A program made the position numbers and the translations under genes. The notes under the pieces are model-generated. The model was given only the letters and a program-made list of their open reading frames with translations. It was not told the origin of the DNA and searched no databases. A stretch of 64,000 nucleotides of DNA from an uncultured bacterium (GTDB lineage Bacteria > Hydrothermota > UBA3073 > NMUJ01 > CBEVQO01): positions 128,001-192,000 of the forward strand of contig CBEVQO010000002.1 of assembly GCA_965552055.1 (NCBI GenBank). The letters run 5' to 3'. Position 1 is the first letter of the stretch. Every line of letters begins with the position of its first letter. This document shows positions 40,015 to 49,337 of the stretch, piece by piece.

Positions 40015-40025
40015 ACCCCCTCCTT

Positions 40026-40841
40026 TCATTTCAAAAAGAAATCAAGTATCTTTATAATTGTTTCTTTTAACTTTGGTCTCGGTACCACCATATCAACAAG
40101 CCCATGTTCCAATAAAAATTCTGCTGTCTGAAAACCAGGCGGTAATTCTTGCTTAATCGTCTGCTTTATAACCCTTGGTCCAGCGAATCCAATAAGTGCA
40201 CCCGGTTCCGCAATCACAATATCTCCAAGCGAAGCATAAGAAGCCATCACACCTGCCATCGTTGGATTCGTAAGCACACTTATATATGGTATTTTGTGTT
40301 GCGAAAGTAAGCCCAGTGCCGCAGCAGTTTTAGCCATTTGCATTAAAGAAAGTATGCCCTCCTGCATACGAGCACCACCAGAAGCATTCACAGTAATTAA
40401 AGGTATTCTCTCATCTATAGCATGGTAAATCAAACGGGTAACCCTCTCACCCACTACAGAGCCCATTGAACCACCAATAAAACCAAAATCCATAACCCCA
40501 AGTGCTACCCTGTAAGACGATATCTTGGCGTCACCTGTTATAATCGCCTCTGTTAAGCCAGTTTTCTTCATATCACGCTCAATCCTCTCTTTATAGCCCT
40601 TAAAATTTAAAGGGTCATCACTTAAAATATCCTCATACAAAGGTTTAAATTCATCCGTAAGTAATTTTATATATTCCAGAGCACCTATTCTGAAATGATA
40701 TCCACAATGCTCACAGACCCAGTAATTTTTTTCAACAAGCCTGCGGTATAACATCGCTCCGCACTTCTTACATTTAAGCCAGAGACCATCGGGAATTTCT
40801 TTTTTCTCACCAGAAGAAATCTTCTTCCTCCAAAATAACAT
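40026..40841 (-). CDS. accD: acetyl-CoA carboxylase carboxyltransferase beta subunit
   Basis: GLWLKCKKC, GGSMGSVVGE, SGGARMQEG, IGFAGPRVI. Confidence 0.96.
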   Translation of the reverse strand: MLFWRKKISSGEKKEIPDGLWLKCKKCGAMLYRRLVEKNYWVCEHCGYHFRIGALEYIKLLTDEFKPLYEDILSDDPLNFKGYKERIERDMKKTGLTEAIITGDAKISSYRVALGVMDFGFIGGSMGSVVGERVTRLIYHAIDERIPLITVNASGGARMQEGILSLMQMAKTAAALGLLSQHKIPYISVLTNPTMAGVMASYASLGDIVIAEPGALIGFAGPRVIKQTIKQELPPGFQTAEFLLEHGLVDMVVPRPKLKETIIKILDFFLK

Positions 40842-40846
40842 CTTAA

Positions 40847-40873
40847 ATTTTCGTCAAAATACAGGATTGTCAA
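40847..40873 (-). promoter_or_regulatory. probable accD promoter, leaderless
   Basis: TTGACA-N15-GAAAAT-N5-ATG. Confidence 0.5.
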
Positions 40874-41361
40874 CTACTAATTGCATCCAATACTTCTTTT
40901 TTTGTCTTTGCAGTTAATAATTGATTTCGAACAGAATCTTCTGACATCACTTTAAAAATTTGAGCAATTAAATCAATGTATTCTTTCTCCTTATGCTCGG
41001 GTGCCAGCAACAGGAAAATAATTTTCACAGGCTTACCATCGAGTGATGAAAAATCTATACCCCTTTTATGAATGCCAAGAGCAACTTGCAATTCTTTTAC
41101 AGGCTCACCTATATAGCGAAAAATACCAACAGATTTGCCAGGACACATCGACATTATTCTATCTCGAGAAAGTATCTTCTCCAGAATAAGCTCCTTATTT
41201 TTCACAGGTAACAAATTCAAAAGCTCCCTTATTATTTTTTCTTTCGTCTTGCCTTTTAAATCCAGAATTATATTGTTGTGCAGAAGATAATTCAGTAAAT
41301 TAGAGGATGTATCTTGAAAGGTCTCTATCTTCTGCGATATTTTTGAGTCTTTCTCTGACAT
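40870..41361 (-). CDS. PTS EIIA (Ntr/Fru-type) fold protein lacking the phospho-His; start uncertain
   Basis: KEKIIREL, GIDFSSLDGKPVKIIFLLLAP; GIFRY where AIPH is expected. Confidence 0.75.
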   Translation of the reverse strand: MSEKDSKISQKIETFQDTSSNLLNYLLHNNIILDLKGKTKEKIIRELLNLLPVKNKELILEKILSRDRIMSMCPGKSVGIFRYIGEPVKELQVALGIHKRGIDFSSLDGKPVKIIFLLLAPEHKEKEYIDLIAQIFKVMSEDSVRNQLLTAKTKKEVLDAISS

Positions 41362-42646
41362 AATCCGGGGTAACCTTTACTTTTTTAATTTTTGAATTGG
41401 GCAACTGATACAGTAAATCCTGGAATAACATAAACATAACCGTATGTAATCTCCTTGCACCTATATCTTCTGTTTCTCTGTTCACTTTAGCAGCAATTTC
41501 TGCAATCTCCGTTATAGCATCATCTGTAAATTCAAGCTCTACACCCTCTGTCGCAAATAAAGCTTTATATTGCTTTGTCAGAGCATTTTCCGGCTCAACG
41601 AGTATTCTTCTAAAATCTTCAGCAGTTAAAGGATTGAGTTTTACCCTTATTGGAAACCTTCCCTGTAATTCTGGCATCAAATCTGAAGGTTTTTTTGTTA
41701 TAAATGCACCTGCTCCTATAAACAAAATATGGTCTGTTTTAACAATCCCGTATTTCGTCATAACATTTGTTCCTTCAACGATAGGCAAAAGGTCTCTCTG
41801 CACACCGAGACGCGAAACATCAGGACCATGATGCTCACCTGCACCTATTATCTTATCCATCTCATCTATAAAAACTATACCAAATTCCTGAGTCCTGTAG
41901 CGCGCTTCTTCTATCACCTCATCCATATCTATTAATTTTTCTGCTTCCTCCTGCACAAAAGTTCTTCTCGCTTCTTCAACCGTTACTTTTTTCTTCTTCC
42001 TCTTAAACCCGGGGAATAAATCCGACCATAACTCTTGTAAATTAGTTGCTATCTCTTCCATGCCTGCTGGCGCAAATACTTCTATTATCTGCATGGGCTT
42101 CTCTTCTTTGCTTATCTCTATCAATTCTTTATCATATTCACCTTTTCTTAATCTTTGTCTTATTTCTTCTCGCGTCAAAATCGGTGCATCATTATCTATA
42201 TCAATTCTGTTTCTGTTTTTCTTCAACAACATATCAACAATTTTATTTTCCGCTATCTTCTCTGCTTTTTGCATTACTTCCTGTAACTTCTCAGCTTTCA
42301 CCATATTAACTGCAAGATTCATAAGGTCTCGTATCATCGATTGCACATCTTTACCGACATATCCTACTTCAGTAAACTTCGTTGCTTCAACTTTTAAGAA
42401 TGGTGCTTTAACAAGGCGTGCAAGACGACGAGCAATTTCTGTCTTACCTACTCCAGTTGGACCCATCAAAATTATATTATTCGGCATTATTTCTTCTTTA
42501 ATCCTGCCCTCCACTCTTTGTCTCCGCCATCTATTTCTTACCGCTATCGCTACCGCTTTTTTAGCCTCATCCTGACCAACGATATACTTATCCAGCTCCT
42601 TAACTATTTTCTCAGGCGTCAAATCTTCAATATTTATTTCTTTCAT
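41300..42646 (-). CDS. hslU: HslVU protease ATPase subunit
   Basis: GPTGVGKTEIARRLA, TKFTEVGYVG, GVQRDLLP, IGARRLHT. Confidence 0.97.
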   Translation of the reverse strand: MKEINIEDLTPEKIVKELDKYIVGQDEAKKAVAIAVRNRWRRQRVEGRIKEEIMPNNIILMGPTGVGKTEIARRLARLVKAPFLKVEATKFTEVGYVGKDVQSMIRDLMNLAVNMVKAEKLQEVMQKAEKIAENKIVDMLLKKNRNRIDIDNDAPILTREEIRQRLRKGEYDKELIEISKEEKPMQIIEVFAPAGMEEIATNLQELWSDLFPGFKRKKKKVTVEEARRTFVQEEAEKLIDMDEVIEEARYRTQEFGIVFIDEMDKIIGAGEHHGPDVSRLGVQRDLLPIVEGTNVMTKYGIVKTDHILFIGAGAFITKKPSDLMPELQGRFPIRVKLNPLTAEDFRRILVEPENALTKQYKALFATEGVELEFTDDAITEIAEIAAKVNRETEDIGARRLHTVMFMLFQDLLYQLPNSKIKKVKVTPDYVRERLKNIAEDRDLSRYIL

Positions 42647-43227
42647 CTCTCCTCCCACACTTCATTTAAATTTATCTCAAAACCCCGAAGTAATTTTGAC
42701 CTCAATTTATCTTCTCCCTTAAAATGACCAAAAAGTTTATATTTCCCTTCTTCTAAATAATAAACAAAAACTTCTTTTTTGTCCGGGTCACATATCCAGT
42801 ACTCCTTTACTCCTGCCTTCTCATATTCCTTAAACTTCTCCTCTTTATCTACCTTTTCAGTACCAGGGGATATTACCTCAACTACAAGATCTGGCACATC
42901 ACAGTATTTTTCATGCAATTTCCATTTGTTTTCCTTAAGCACAAAGATAATATCGGGCTCCCTTATCTTACCTTCCCACAATCTCACAGGATAGGGTGCA
43001 AGCACAACCTTTCCTTTCTCATTTCTCTCAGCGAATTCACGCAACTTTATCGCAAGACGAAAAACCGTCTCCTGATGACGATAGGTGGGCATCGGCGCCA
43101 TGATTAGCCTCCCGTCACTCAACTCAACTATCCTGTTCGTATCTGGCAAACTGAAATACGCCTCTTCCGTCCACTCACCCTGACGCGGAAACAACTCCGC
43201 TACCTCTATCGTCAAATTACCCTTCAT
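42643..43227 (-). CDS. Uma2 (DUF820) family endonuclease, copy C
   Basis: ELSDG..MAP.P..HQ, EPD, PDLVVEVISP, K..Y..AGVKEYW. Confidence 0.9.
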   Translation of the reverse strand: MKGNLTIEVAELFPRQGEWTEEAYFSLPDTNRIVELSDGRLIMAPMPTYRHQETVFRLAIKLREFAERNEKGKVVLAPYPVRLWEGKIREPDIIFVLKENKWKLHEKYCDVPDLVVEVISPGTEKVDKEEKFKEYEKAGVKEYWICDPDKKEVFVYYLEEGKYKLFGHFKGEDKLRSKLLRGFEINLNEVWEER

Positions 43228-43801
43228 AAAATATCTCGCTTAAATCTACTTCAAAACATTCCAATAACTTTGACCTCAATTTATCTTCTCCCTTAAAATG
43301 ACCAAAAAGTTTATATTTCCCTTCTTCCAAATAATAAACAAAAACTTCTTTTTTGTCTGGGTCACATATCCAGTATTCCTTTACTCCTGCCTCCTCATAT
43401 TCTTTAAATTTCTCTTCTTTATCTGTCTTCTCAGTGCTTGGTGATAAAATTTCCACAACCAAATCCGGTGTTTCACAATATTTCTCGTGTATCTTTTGAG
43501 AAAATTCTTTAAAAATAAAGAAAATATCGGGTTCTCTTATTAAATTTTCCCCTAATTTTACAGGTAAAGGGGCAATAAATACTTCTCCTATATTTTTTTC
43601 ATTTACAAAATCATCCAATATCTTGAATAAACGCTGAAGAATCCTTTGATGCTTTATTGTAGGCATTGGTGCCATGACCAACCTCCCTTTCACAAGTTCC
43701 ACTATCCTGTTCGTATCTGGCAAACTGAAATATGCTTCTTCCGTCCACTCACCCTGACGCGGAAACAACTCCGCTACCTCTATCGTCAAATTACCCTTCA
43801 T
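43217..43801 (-). CDS. Uma2 family endonuclease, copy B
   Basis: Same motifs; PDLVVEILSPST. Confidence 0.9.
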   Translation of the reverse strand: MKGNLTIEVAELFPRQGEWTEEAYFSLPDTNRIVELVKGRLVMAPMPTIKHQRILQRLFKILDDFVNEKNIGEVFIAPLPVKLGENLIREPDIFFIFKEFSQKIHEKYCETPDLVVEILSPSTEKTDKEEKFKEYEEAGVKEYWICDPDKKEVFVYYLEEGKYKLFGHFKGEDKLRSKLLECFEVDLSEIFYEG

Positions 43802-44375
43802 AAAATATCTCGCTTAAACCTACCTCAAAATCCTCCAATAACTTTGACCTCAATTTATCCCTTTCCTTAAAATGACCAAAAAGTTTATATTTCCCTTCTT
43901 CCAAATAATAAACAAAAATTTCTTTTTTATCTGGGTCACATATCCAGTATTCCTTTACCCCTGCCTTCTCATATTCCTTAAACTTCTCCTCTTTATCCAC
44001 CTTTTCAGTACCAGGGGATATCACCTCAACTACAAGATCTGGCACATCACAGTATTTTTCATGCAATTTCCATTTGTTTTCCTTAAGCACAAAGATAATA
44101 TCGGGTTCCCTTATTTTACCTTCCCACAATCTCACAGGATAAGGTGCAAGCACAACCCAGCCACAATCACGCTTCTTTGCAAATGAACGAAGGGCTTCAA
44201 AAAGACGAGCTACCGTCTCCTGATGCCTGTAAGTAGGCATAGGTGCCATAATTAGCCTCCCATCACTCAACTCCACTATCCTGTTCGTATCGGGTAAACT
44301 AAAATATGCTTCTTCCGTCCATTCACCCTGACGCGGAAACAACTCCGCTACCTCTATTGTCAAATTTTTATCCAT
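43791..44375 (-). CDS. Uma2 family endonuclease, copy A (alternative start 44378)
   Basis: Same motifs; near-identical to copy C. Confidence 0.9.
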   Translation of the reverse strand: MDKNLTIEVAELFPRQGEWTEEAYFSLPDTNRIVELSDGRLIMAPMPTYRHQETVARLFEALRSFAKKRDCGWVVLAPYPVRLWEGKIREPDIIFVLKENKWKLHEKYCDVPDLVVEVISPGTEKVDKEEKFKEYEKAGVKEYWICDPDKKEIFVYYLEEGKYKLFGHFKERDKLRSKLLEDFEVGLSEIFYEG

Positions 44376-44908
44376 CATTCCAGAGTTTCAATAACAATAT
44401 TTTCATTTGTATAAACACAAATTGAAGCCGTTATTTTTATTGCCTCTTCAACAATCTCCTTTGCTGATAAATTTGTATATTTCAAAAGGGCTTTCGCAAC
44501 TGCAAGAGCCATTGGACCACCCGAACCCAAAGCAATAATCCCATCTTCTGGCTCTATAACATCACCTGTCCCTGAAACAATATAAGAATGTTCCCTGTCC
44601 ATTATACCGAGTAAAGCCTCCAATCTCCTCAAAACCTTATCCGTACGCCAATCTTTAGCAAGTTCGACAGCAGCTTTCTGGATATTGCCCTGAGCCTGAC
44701 GCAATTTCTCCTCAAAGCGCTCAAACAAAGTCAAAGCATCAGCAACACTTCCAGCAAAACCAACAAGCACTTTGCCATCAAACATCTTGCGAACTTTACG
44801 GGCAGTATGCTTCACAATGGTTTCACCAAGAGTCACCTGACCATCACCAGCCATGGCAACTTTGCCAGCACGCCTGACACCAATTATAGTTGTGCTTCTT
44901 ATTTCCAT
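44375..44908 (-). CDS. hslV: HslVU protease peptidase subunit
   Basis: [36 protein letters not shown]. Confidence 0.97.
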   Translation of the reverse strand: MEIRSTTIIGVRRAGKVAMAGDGQVTLGETIVKHTARKVRKMFDGKVLVGFAGSVADALTLFERFEEKLRQAQGNIQKAAVELAKDWRTDKVLRRLEALLGIMDREHSYIVSGTGDVIEPEDGIIALGSGGPMALAVAKALLKYTNLSAKEIVEEAIKITASICVYTNENIVIETLE

Positions 44909-44913
44909 CATTT

Positions 44914-44940
44914 ATTATAATCAAATAAACAAAAAGTCAA
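44914..44940 (-). promoter_or_regulatory. sigma70-like promoter of hslV, leaderless
   Basis: TTGACT-N15-TATAAT-N5-ATG(44908). Confidence 0.75.
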
Positions 44941-44950
44941 ATTATTTTTA

Positions 44951-45114
44951 GCCCCGCCTCCGCTGTCCCCACCTTCCCGATTAAGTCAGCCCACTGCTTC
45001 CCCTTCTTAAACGCAAGCAGAAGATAAAGCGTAAAACACCAGAGTAACCCACATCCCCGTAATGGGCTGACATATCAACCCATATGTAATAGGCTCGCTT
45101 ACGCTCGCATTAAA
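44951..45114 (+). repeat. dispersed structured element, family 1, copy 3
   Basis: GCCCCGCCTCCGCTGTCCCCACCTTCCCGATTAA-GTCAGCCCA..TGGGCTGAC-ATATCAACCCATATGTAAT..ACGCTCGCATTAAAA. Confidence 0.92.
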
Positions 45115-45249
45115 AATTTTTAACATCGCACACTCTTGCCGCAATGCATTGCTTGACCTCAATGTGTCTTTCTAAAACATTTCAAAAACCCAATGAAACA
45201 AACCACAAGCATGCCAATGAAATGCAGTTCACTCTCACCGCTCAGGTAT

Positions 45250-45296
45250 TGACTCACAACCTATATGTAATGTGCTCGGCTACGCCGGGCAATAAA
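45250..45296 (+). repeat. family 1 right-end fragment
   Basis: TGAC..CAACCTATATGTAATGTGCTCGGCTACGCC matches the right end of copies 1 and 2. Confidence 0.75.
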
Positions 45297-45299
45297 ACA

Positions 45300-45326
45300 T
45301 TGACAAAACTGCCCTGAAATTATCAT
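45300..45326 (+). promoter_or_regulatory. sigma70-like promoter, leaderless
   Basis: TTGACA-N15-TATCAT-N5-GTG. Confidence 0.72.
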
Positions 45327-45331
45327 AAAAA

Positions 45332-46345
45332 GTGAAAATACTGATAATACAGGTGGCAGGGATTGGTGATGCAGTAATGGGCTTGCCAGCATTCAGGACA
45401 GTAAAAGAAAACAACAAAAACGCAATTCTACATCTTTTAACAACACCTCGCACGCAAAACCTTATAAAACATCAAAAAATCTTCAATAAAATATTTATAT
45501 TCGATTTGAACAGAGCAAAAAAAATCCAGAATGTAGAATACACAATAAAAAATATCTTCAATCTGATTAGAAAATTACGCAAACAAAAATATGACCTTGT
45601 TATAAACTTTTTCCGCTTGCCAACATTCTGGGGTACTTTAAGGATGCTCTTTTTCATAAAACTCATAGGAGCAAAGAAAACAGCAGGAAGAAGCCCCAGA
45701 TATAAATTTTTCGATTACACTTATGTGGAAGAAAATCCGCATGAAATCGAAAAAAATCTAAAATTGTGCGAAATACTCGGATTTAAAATAAAAGAGAAAT
45801 TACCACAAATTATAATACCAGAAGAAGCAGAAGAAAAAATCAAGAAATGGCTTTATAAAATAAATCCCCAAAACAAAATTTTAATTGGGATAAATTTGGG
45901 CGGAATGAAGCCAGCATACAGATGGGATACAGAAAATTATCGCAAATTGTGTGAAGAAATTTTGAAAAAATATGATGCAAAAATAATATTGATAGGTGCA
46001 AAAGAAGATAAAATTTATGAAAAATATTTTGAAAATTTAAATGTGATTTCTGCAATTGGCAAATTTTCTTTGATAGAAATCTGTGCACTTTTAAAAAATT
46101 TGAATTTATTGATAACACATGATAGCGGGATAATGCACATAGCATCAGCACTCTCCACACCTTTAATAGCGCTTTTGGGACCAGCACACCCATCTGTAGA
46201 ACCCGTAGGCACAGGCAAAATAATAAAAATAAGGAAAAAAGTAAAATGCTCACCCTGTAACAAAATAATATGCAAAAAAAACATCTGCATGAAAAAAATA
46301 ACATTAGAAGAAGTATTGAAACAAGTTGACATTCTGATAGCTTAA
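45332..46345 (+). CDS. glycosyltransferase family 9 (heptosyltransferase-like)
   Basis: GIGDAV, THDSGIMHIASAL, LLGP, CSPC. Confidence 0.9.
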   Translation: MKILIIQVAGIGDAVMGLPAFRTVKENNKNAILHLLTTPRTQNLIKHQKIFNKIFIFDLNRAKKIQNVEYTIKNIFNLIRKLRKQKYDLVINFFRLPTFWGTLRMLFFIKLIGAKKTAGRSPRYKFFDYTYVEENPHEIEKNLKLCEILGFKIKEKLPQIIIPEEAEEKIKKWLYKINPQNKILIGINLGGMKPAYRWDTENYRKLCEEILKKYDAKIILIGAKEDKIYEKYFENLNVISAIGKFSLIEICALLKNLNLLITHDSGIMHIASALSTPLIALLGPAHPSVEPVGTGKIIKIRKKVKCSPCNKIICKKNICMKKITLEEVLKQVDILIA

Positions 46346-46352
46346 ATAAAAT
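46326..46352 (+). promoter_or_regulatory. sigma70-like promoter inside the GT9 3' end, leaderless
   Basis: TTGACA-N15-TAAAAT-N5-ATG. Confidence 0.75.
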
Positions 46353-46357
46353 AATCG

Positions 46358-48265
46358 ATGAAATTACATTTTGTAATAGGGATTCATTGTCATCAACCTG
46401 TTGGGAATCCGCCGCAAATAATCGATGAAATAACAAAAAAATGTTATTTACCATTTTTAAAAGAAGTTTATAATTATCCGCAATTTAAGTTTTCTTTACA
46501 TTATTCGGGCAATCTTTTAAAGTATATGAAAGAAAATCAAAGAGAAGTTTTTGAACTTATTTCTGATATGGTAAAAAGAGGTCAGGTTGAGCTTTTATCG
46601 GGAGGTTTTTATGAACCTATTTTTACAATAATACCTGAGAGAGATGCTATAGGTCAGATAAAAAAGATGAATGAATTTATTTATCAAAATTTCGGTGTTA
46701 AGCCCAGTGGAATGTGGCTTACTGAGCGCACATGGGAACCACATTTACCCAGAATACTACGCAAGGCAGATATTGAATACACAATACTCGATGATACCCA
46801 TTTCTTTATTGCAGGTGTTAAAAATATCCACAAATATTATATTACGGAAAGTGAAGGATTCACATTGAAAATTTTCCCGATAGACAAAAATTTGAGATAT
46901 TTAATTCCTTTTAGAAAGATTGATGAACTTGAGAGATATTTAAGGGATATTTCGAAAGAGGGTGATGCCATTTACGCTGATGACGGTGAGAAGTTTGGTA
47001 GCTGGCCAGGTACTTATGAGTGGGTTTATGAAAAAGGCTGGCTACGGGATTTTCTTTCTTTCATCACAAATTGCGATTGGATAGAAACTCTCACATTTTC
47101 AGAATATATGAGCAAATTTCCACCAGAGAAATTGATTTTTATTCCACCTGCTTCTTATGATGAAATGATGGAATGGGTTTTACTTCCTGAAGATGGTAGA
47201 GACTTTTTGCTTGCCAAGAGAGAGGTTCCTGACAAATATAAAAAATTTTTGCGTGGCGGATTTTTCCGACAATTTTTTGTAAAATATCCAGAAAGCAATA
47301 ATATGCATAAAAAAATGATTTATGTAAGTGAGAAAGTTGCTTCAATGCCCGATGGTTTAGAAAAAGAAAAAGCACTTGACCTTTTATATCGTGGTCAGGT
47401 TAATGACCCTTACTGGCATGGAGTTTTTGGTGGAATTTATCTTCCTTCTCTCCGTGAGGAAGTTTATAAGAATTTAATTTGTGCAGAAAAAATTACAGAT
47501 GAAAAAATGGGCTGGAAAGAATTTGATTTTGATAAAGACGGAAAAAATGAAATTATTTTCGAAAATAAAAAATGGGCAGTTTATGTAAAGCCAGATTATG
47601 GTGGATGTATTTTTGAATTGGATTTTAGGACTTTAAATAAAAATTTACTAAATGTTTTAACAAGGCGGGAAGAGACATATCATACAGGGATTGAAGAAGT
47701 AAAAGTAGAAGAAGGTATAGAAAGTATTCATGAGATTGGAAAGAAAATAGACGAAAAATTGCAAAAGTATCTTGTATATGATAGATATAGGAAAGTTTCT
47801 TTGCTTGACCACATTGTTTCTCCTGATGTAACTCCTGAAGATTTTAATTTCTTACATTTTAAAGATTTCGGAGATTTTGTGGGAAAAAGTTTTGACCGGG
47901 AGATAAAAGAAGACAAATTAATTTTGCATCGTAAGGCAGGAAACTTTGAAATCTTAAAAGAAATAAAGGTAAAGGAAAAAATTGAGATTTTTTACAAAGT
48001 GAAAGGCGAAGGTGATTATTTTTATTGTAATGAGTGGTCAATTTTGCTGTTCGATGGACAATTTAAAGTCGAAAATAATAAAGTTGTGATGTTCGATAAA
48101 TTAATTCTGGAATTTAGTGGTGCAGATAAAATATTTTATTTCCCGATAAAATGTGTATCACAGTCAGAGAGTGGCTTTGAGTTGACGCATCAGGGTTATA
48201 CTTTTATAGCACTTTGGGAATTGTGCGAGAATTTGGAATTTACGATAAAACTTATTTCATTATAA
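46358..48265 (+). CDS. GH57 alpha-amylase/4-alpha-glucanotransferase
   Basis: HCHQPVGN, GMWLTERTWEP, DDGEKFGSWP, YWHGVFGG. Confidence 0.92.
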   Translation: MKLHFVIGIHCHQPVGNPPQIIDEITKKCYLPFLKEVYNYPQFKFSLHYSGNLLKYMKENQREVFELISDMVKRGQVELLSGGFYEPIFTIIPERDAIGQIKKMNEFIYQNFGVKPSGMWLTERTWEPHLPRILRKADIEYTILDDTHFFIAGVKNIHKYYITESEGFTLKIFPIDKNLRYLIPFRKIDELERYLRDISKEGDAIYADDGEKFGSWPGTYEWVYEKGWLRDFLSFITNCDWIETLTFSEYMSKFPPEKLIFIPPASYDEMMEWVLLPEDGRDFLLAKREVPDKYKKFLRGGFFRQFFVKYPESNNMHKKMIYVSEKVASMPDGLEKEKALDLLYRGQVNDPYWHGVFGGIYLPSLREEVYKNLICAEKITDEKMGWKEFDFDKDGKNEIIFENKKWAVYVKPDYGGCIFELDFRTLNKNLLNVLTRREETYHTGIEEVKVEEGIESIHEIGKKIDEKLQKYLVYDRYRKVSLLDHIVSPDVTPEDFNFLHFKDFGDFVGKSFDREIKEDKLILHRKAGNFEILKEIKVKEKIEIFYKVKGEGDYFYCNEWSILLFDGQFKVENNKVVMFDKLILEFSGADKIFYFPIKCVSQSESGFELTHQGYTFIALWELCENLEFTIKLISL

Positions 48266-49334
48266 TTAATTTACCACTATATCCGTTTAAATTGAAGATA
48301 TAAATTCCTGCAGGCAAATCTTTTTTCCACCGCACGATTTTGTTGTTAAGCTCAATATTTTCGATTAATCTTCCTGATACATCATAAATTTTTAGTGTAT
48401 TTTTCGTCTTATGGGATTCAATTAAAAGTTCGTTTATATTTCTTAATATTTTGAGATAGTGTTCGCTTATATTTTCTTCGACTGCCGTGATTTTAGTCAT
48501 ATCGACTGTTGCAACACTCGATGCACTTAGTATTGCTGCTGTCGTATCTGTGTAAGAGCTTAAATCTGCTATTTGCTGTGTTTGTTTTGCAAAAGCGATG
48601 TCAAAGACATCTGGGTCTGACCAGTCGTCCGTTCCTCCACCAGGTGTCCATTCATCCTCCGAGTATGCGACTTCTCTGAATTTATATTCATCATTCAAAC
48701 CACAGCAGAGAGTTACAAAAATACTCTTATTCCAAGGAGTAATTGACCATTTAGAGACATCGATACCGAGTTCAATAAAGCCATTTAAAGTATCAACTTT
48801 AAAATAATTTTCAGAAGCACTGTCAATTATTGTCCAGTTTGCATCATAAACATCTACTTTCATATTTCTTACAGCAATACAATATTCCCATGCATTTAAA
48901 CTATCGAGCAGAAGATCTCCGTAGTCGCACAGCCATACCTGTCCGCTACCTTTTATGTGATCGAGGTCAATACAAATTGCAACAAAAGGCATCCATACTT
49001 CTCCATAGTCTATTTTTATAAGGAAATAAAGTTTATTTTGCGATTCATCGGCCGTTATTCTTATTTCTTTTATATCTGCTTCGGTTCCTCTGAAGTTTGT
49101 TGCTGTGGGATAGATGTAAGATGATGGGTTATCACTTGCAGCTAATGCATCTCCGCCGTCACCTTTATCATCATTTATAGCATCTCGCCATATGAATTCG
49201 CCTTCGGAGTAAGTAAAAGTGTCTTCAACAGCTGGAGATGTACCTATCCAGTCGCTGTCGTCGCCGTCAACAGTTATTATATGTGCCCACATACTATATG
49301 AAATGAATAGTGCTACGAACCACAACTTTTTCAT
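48252..49334 (-). CDS. secreted glucodextranase/DOMON-like protein with C-terminal sorting domain
   Basis: ITVDGDDSDW, DIKEIRITAD, IYDVSGRLI...AGIY. Confidence 0.65.
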   Translation of the reverse strand: MKKLWFVALFISYSMWAHIITVDGDDSDWIGTSPAVEDTFTYSEGEFIWRDAINDDKGDGGDALAASDNPSSYIYPTATNFRGTEADIKEIRITADESQNKLYFLIKIDYGEVWMPFVAICIDLDHIKGSGQVWLCDYGDLLLDSLNAWEYCIAVRNMKVDVYDANWTIIDSASENYFKVDTLNGFIELGIDVSKWSITPWNKSIFVTLCCGLNDEYKFREVAYSEDEWTPGGGTDDWSDPDVFDIAFAKQTQQIADLSSYTDTTAAILSASSVATVDMTKITAVEENISEHYLKILRNINELLIESHKTKNTLKIYDVSGRLIENIELNNKIVRWKKDLPAGIYIFNLNGYSGKLIIMK

Positions 49335-49337
49335 AGC

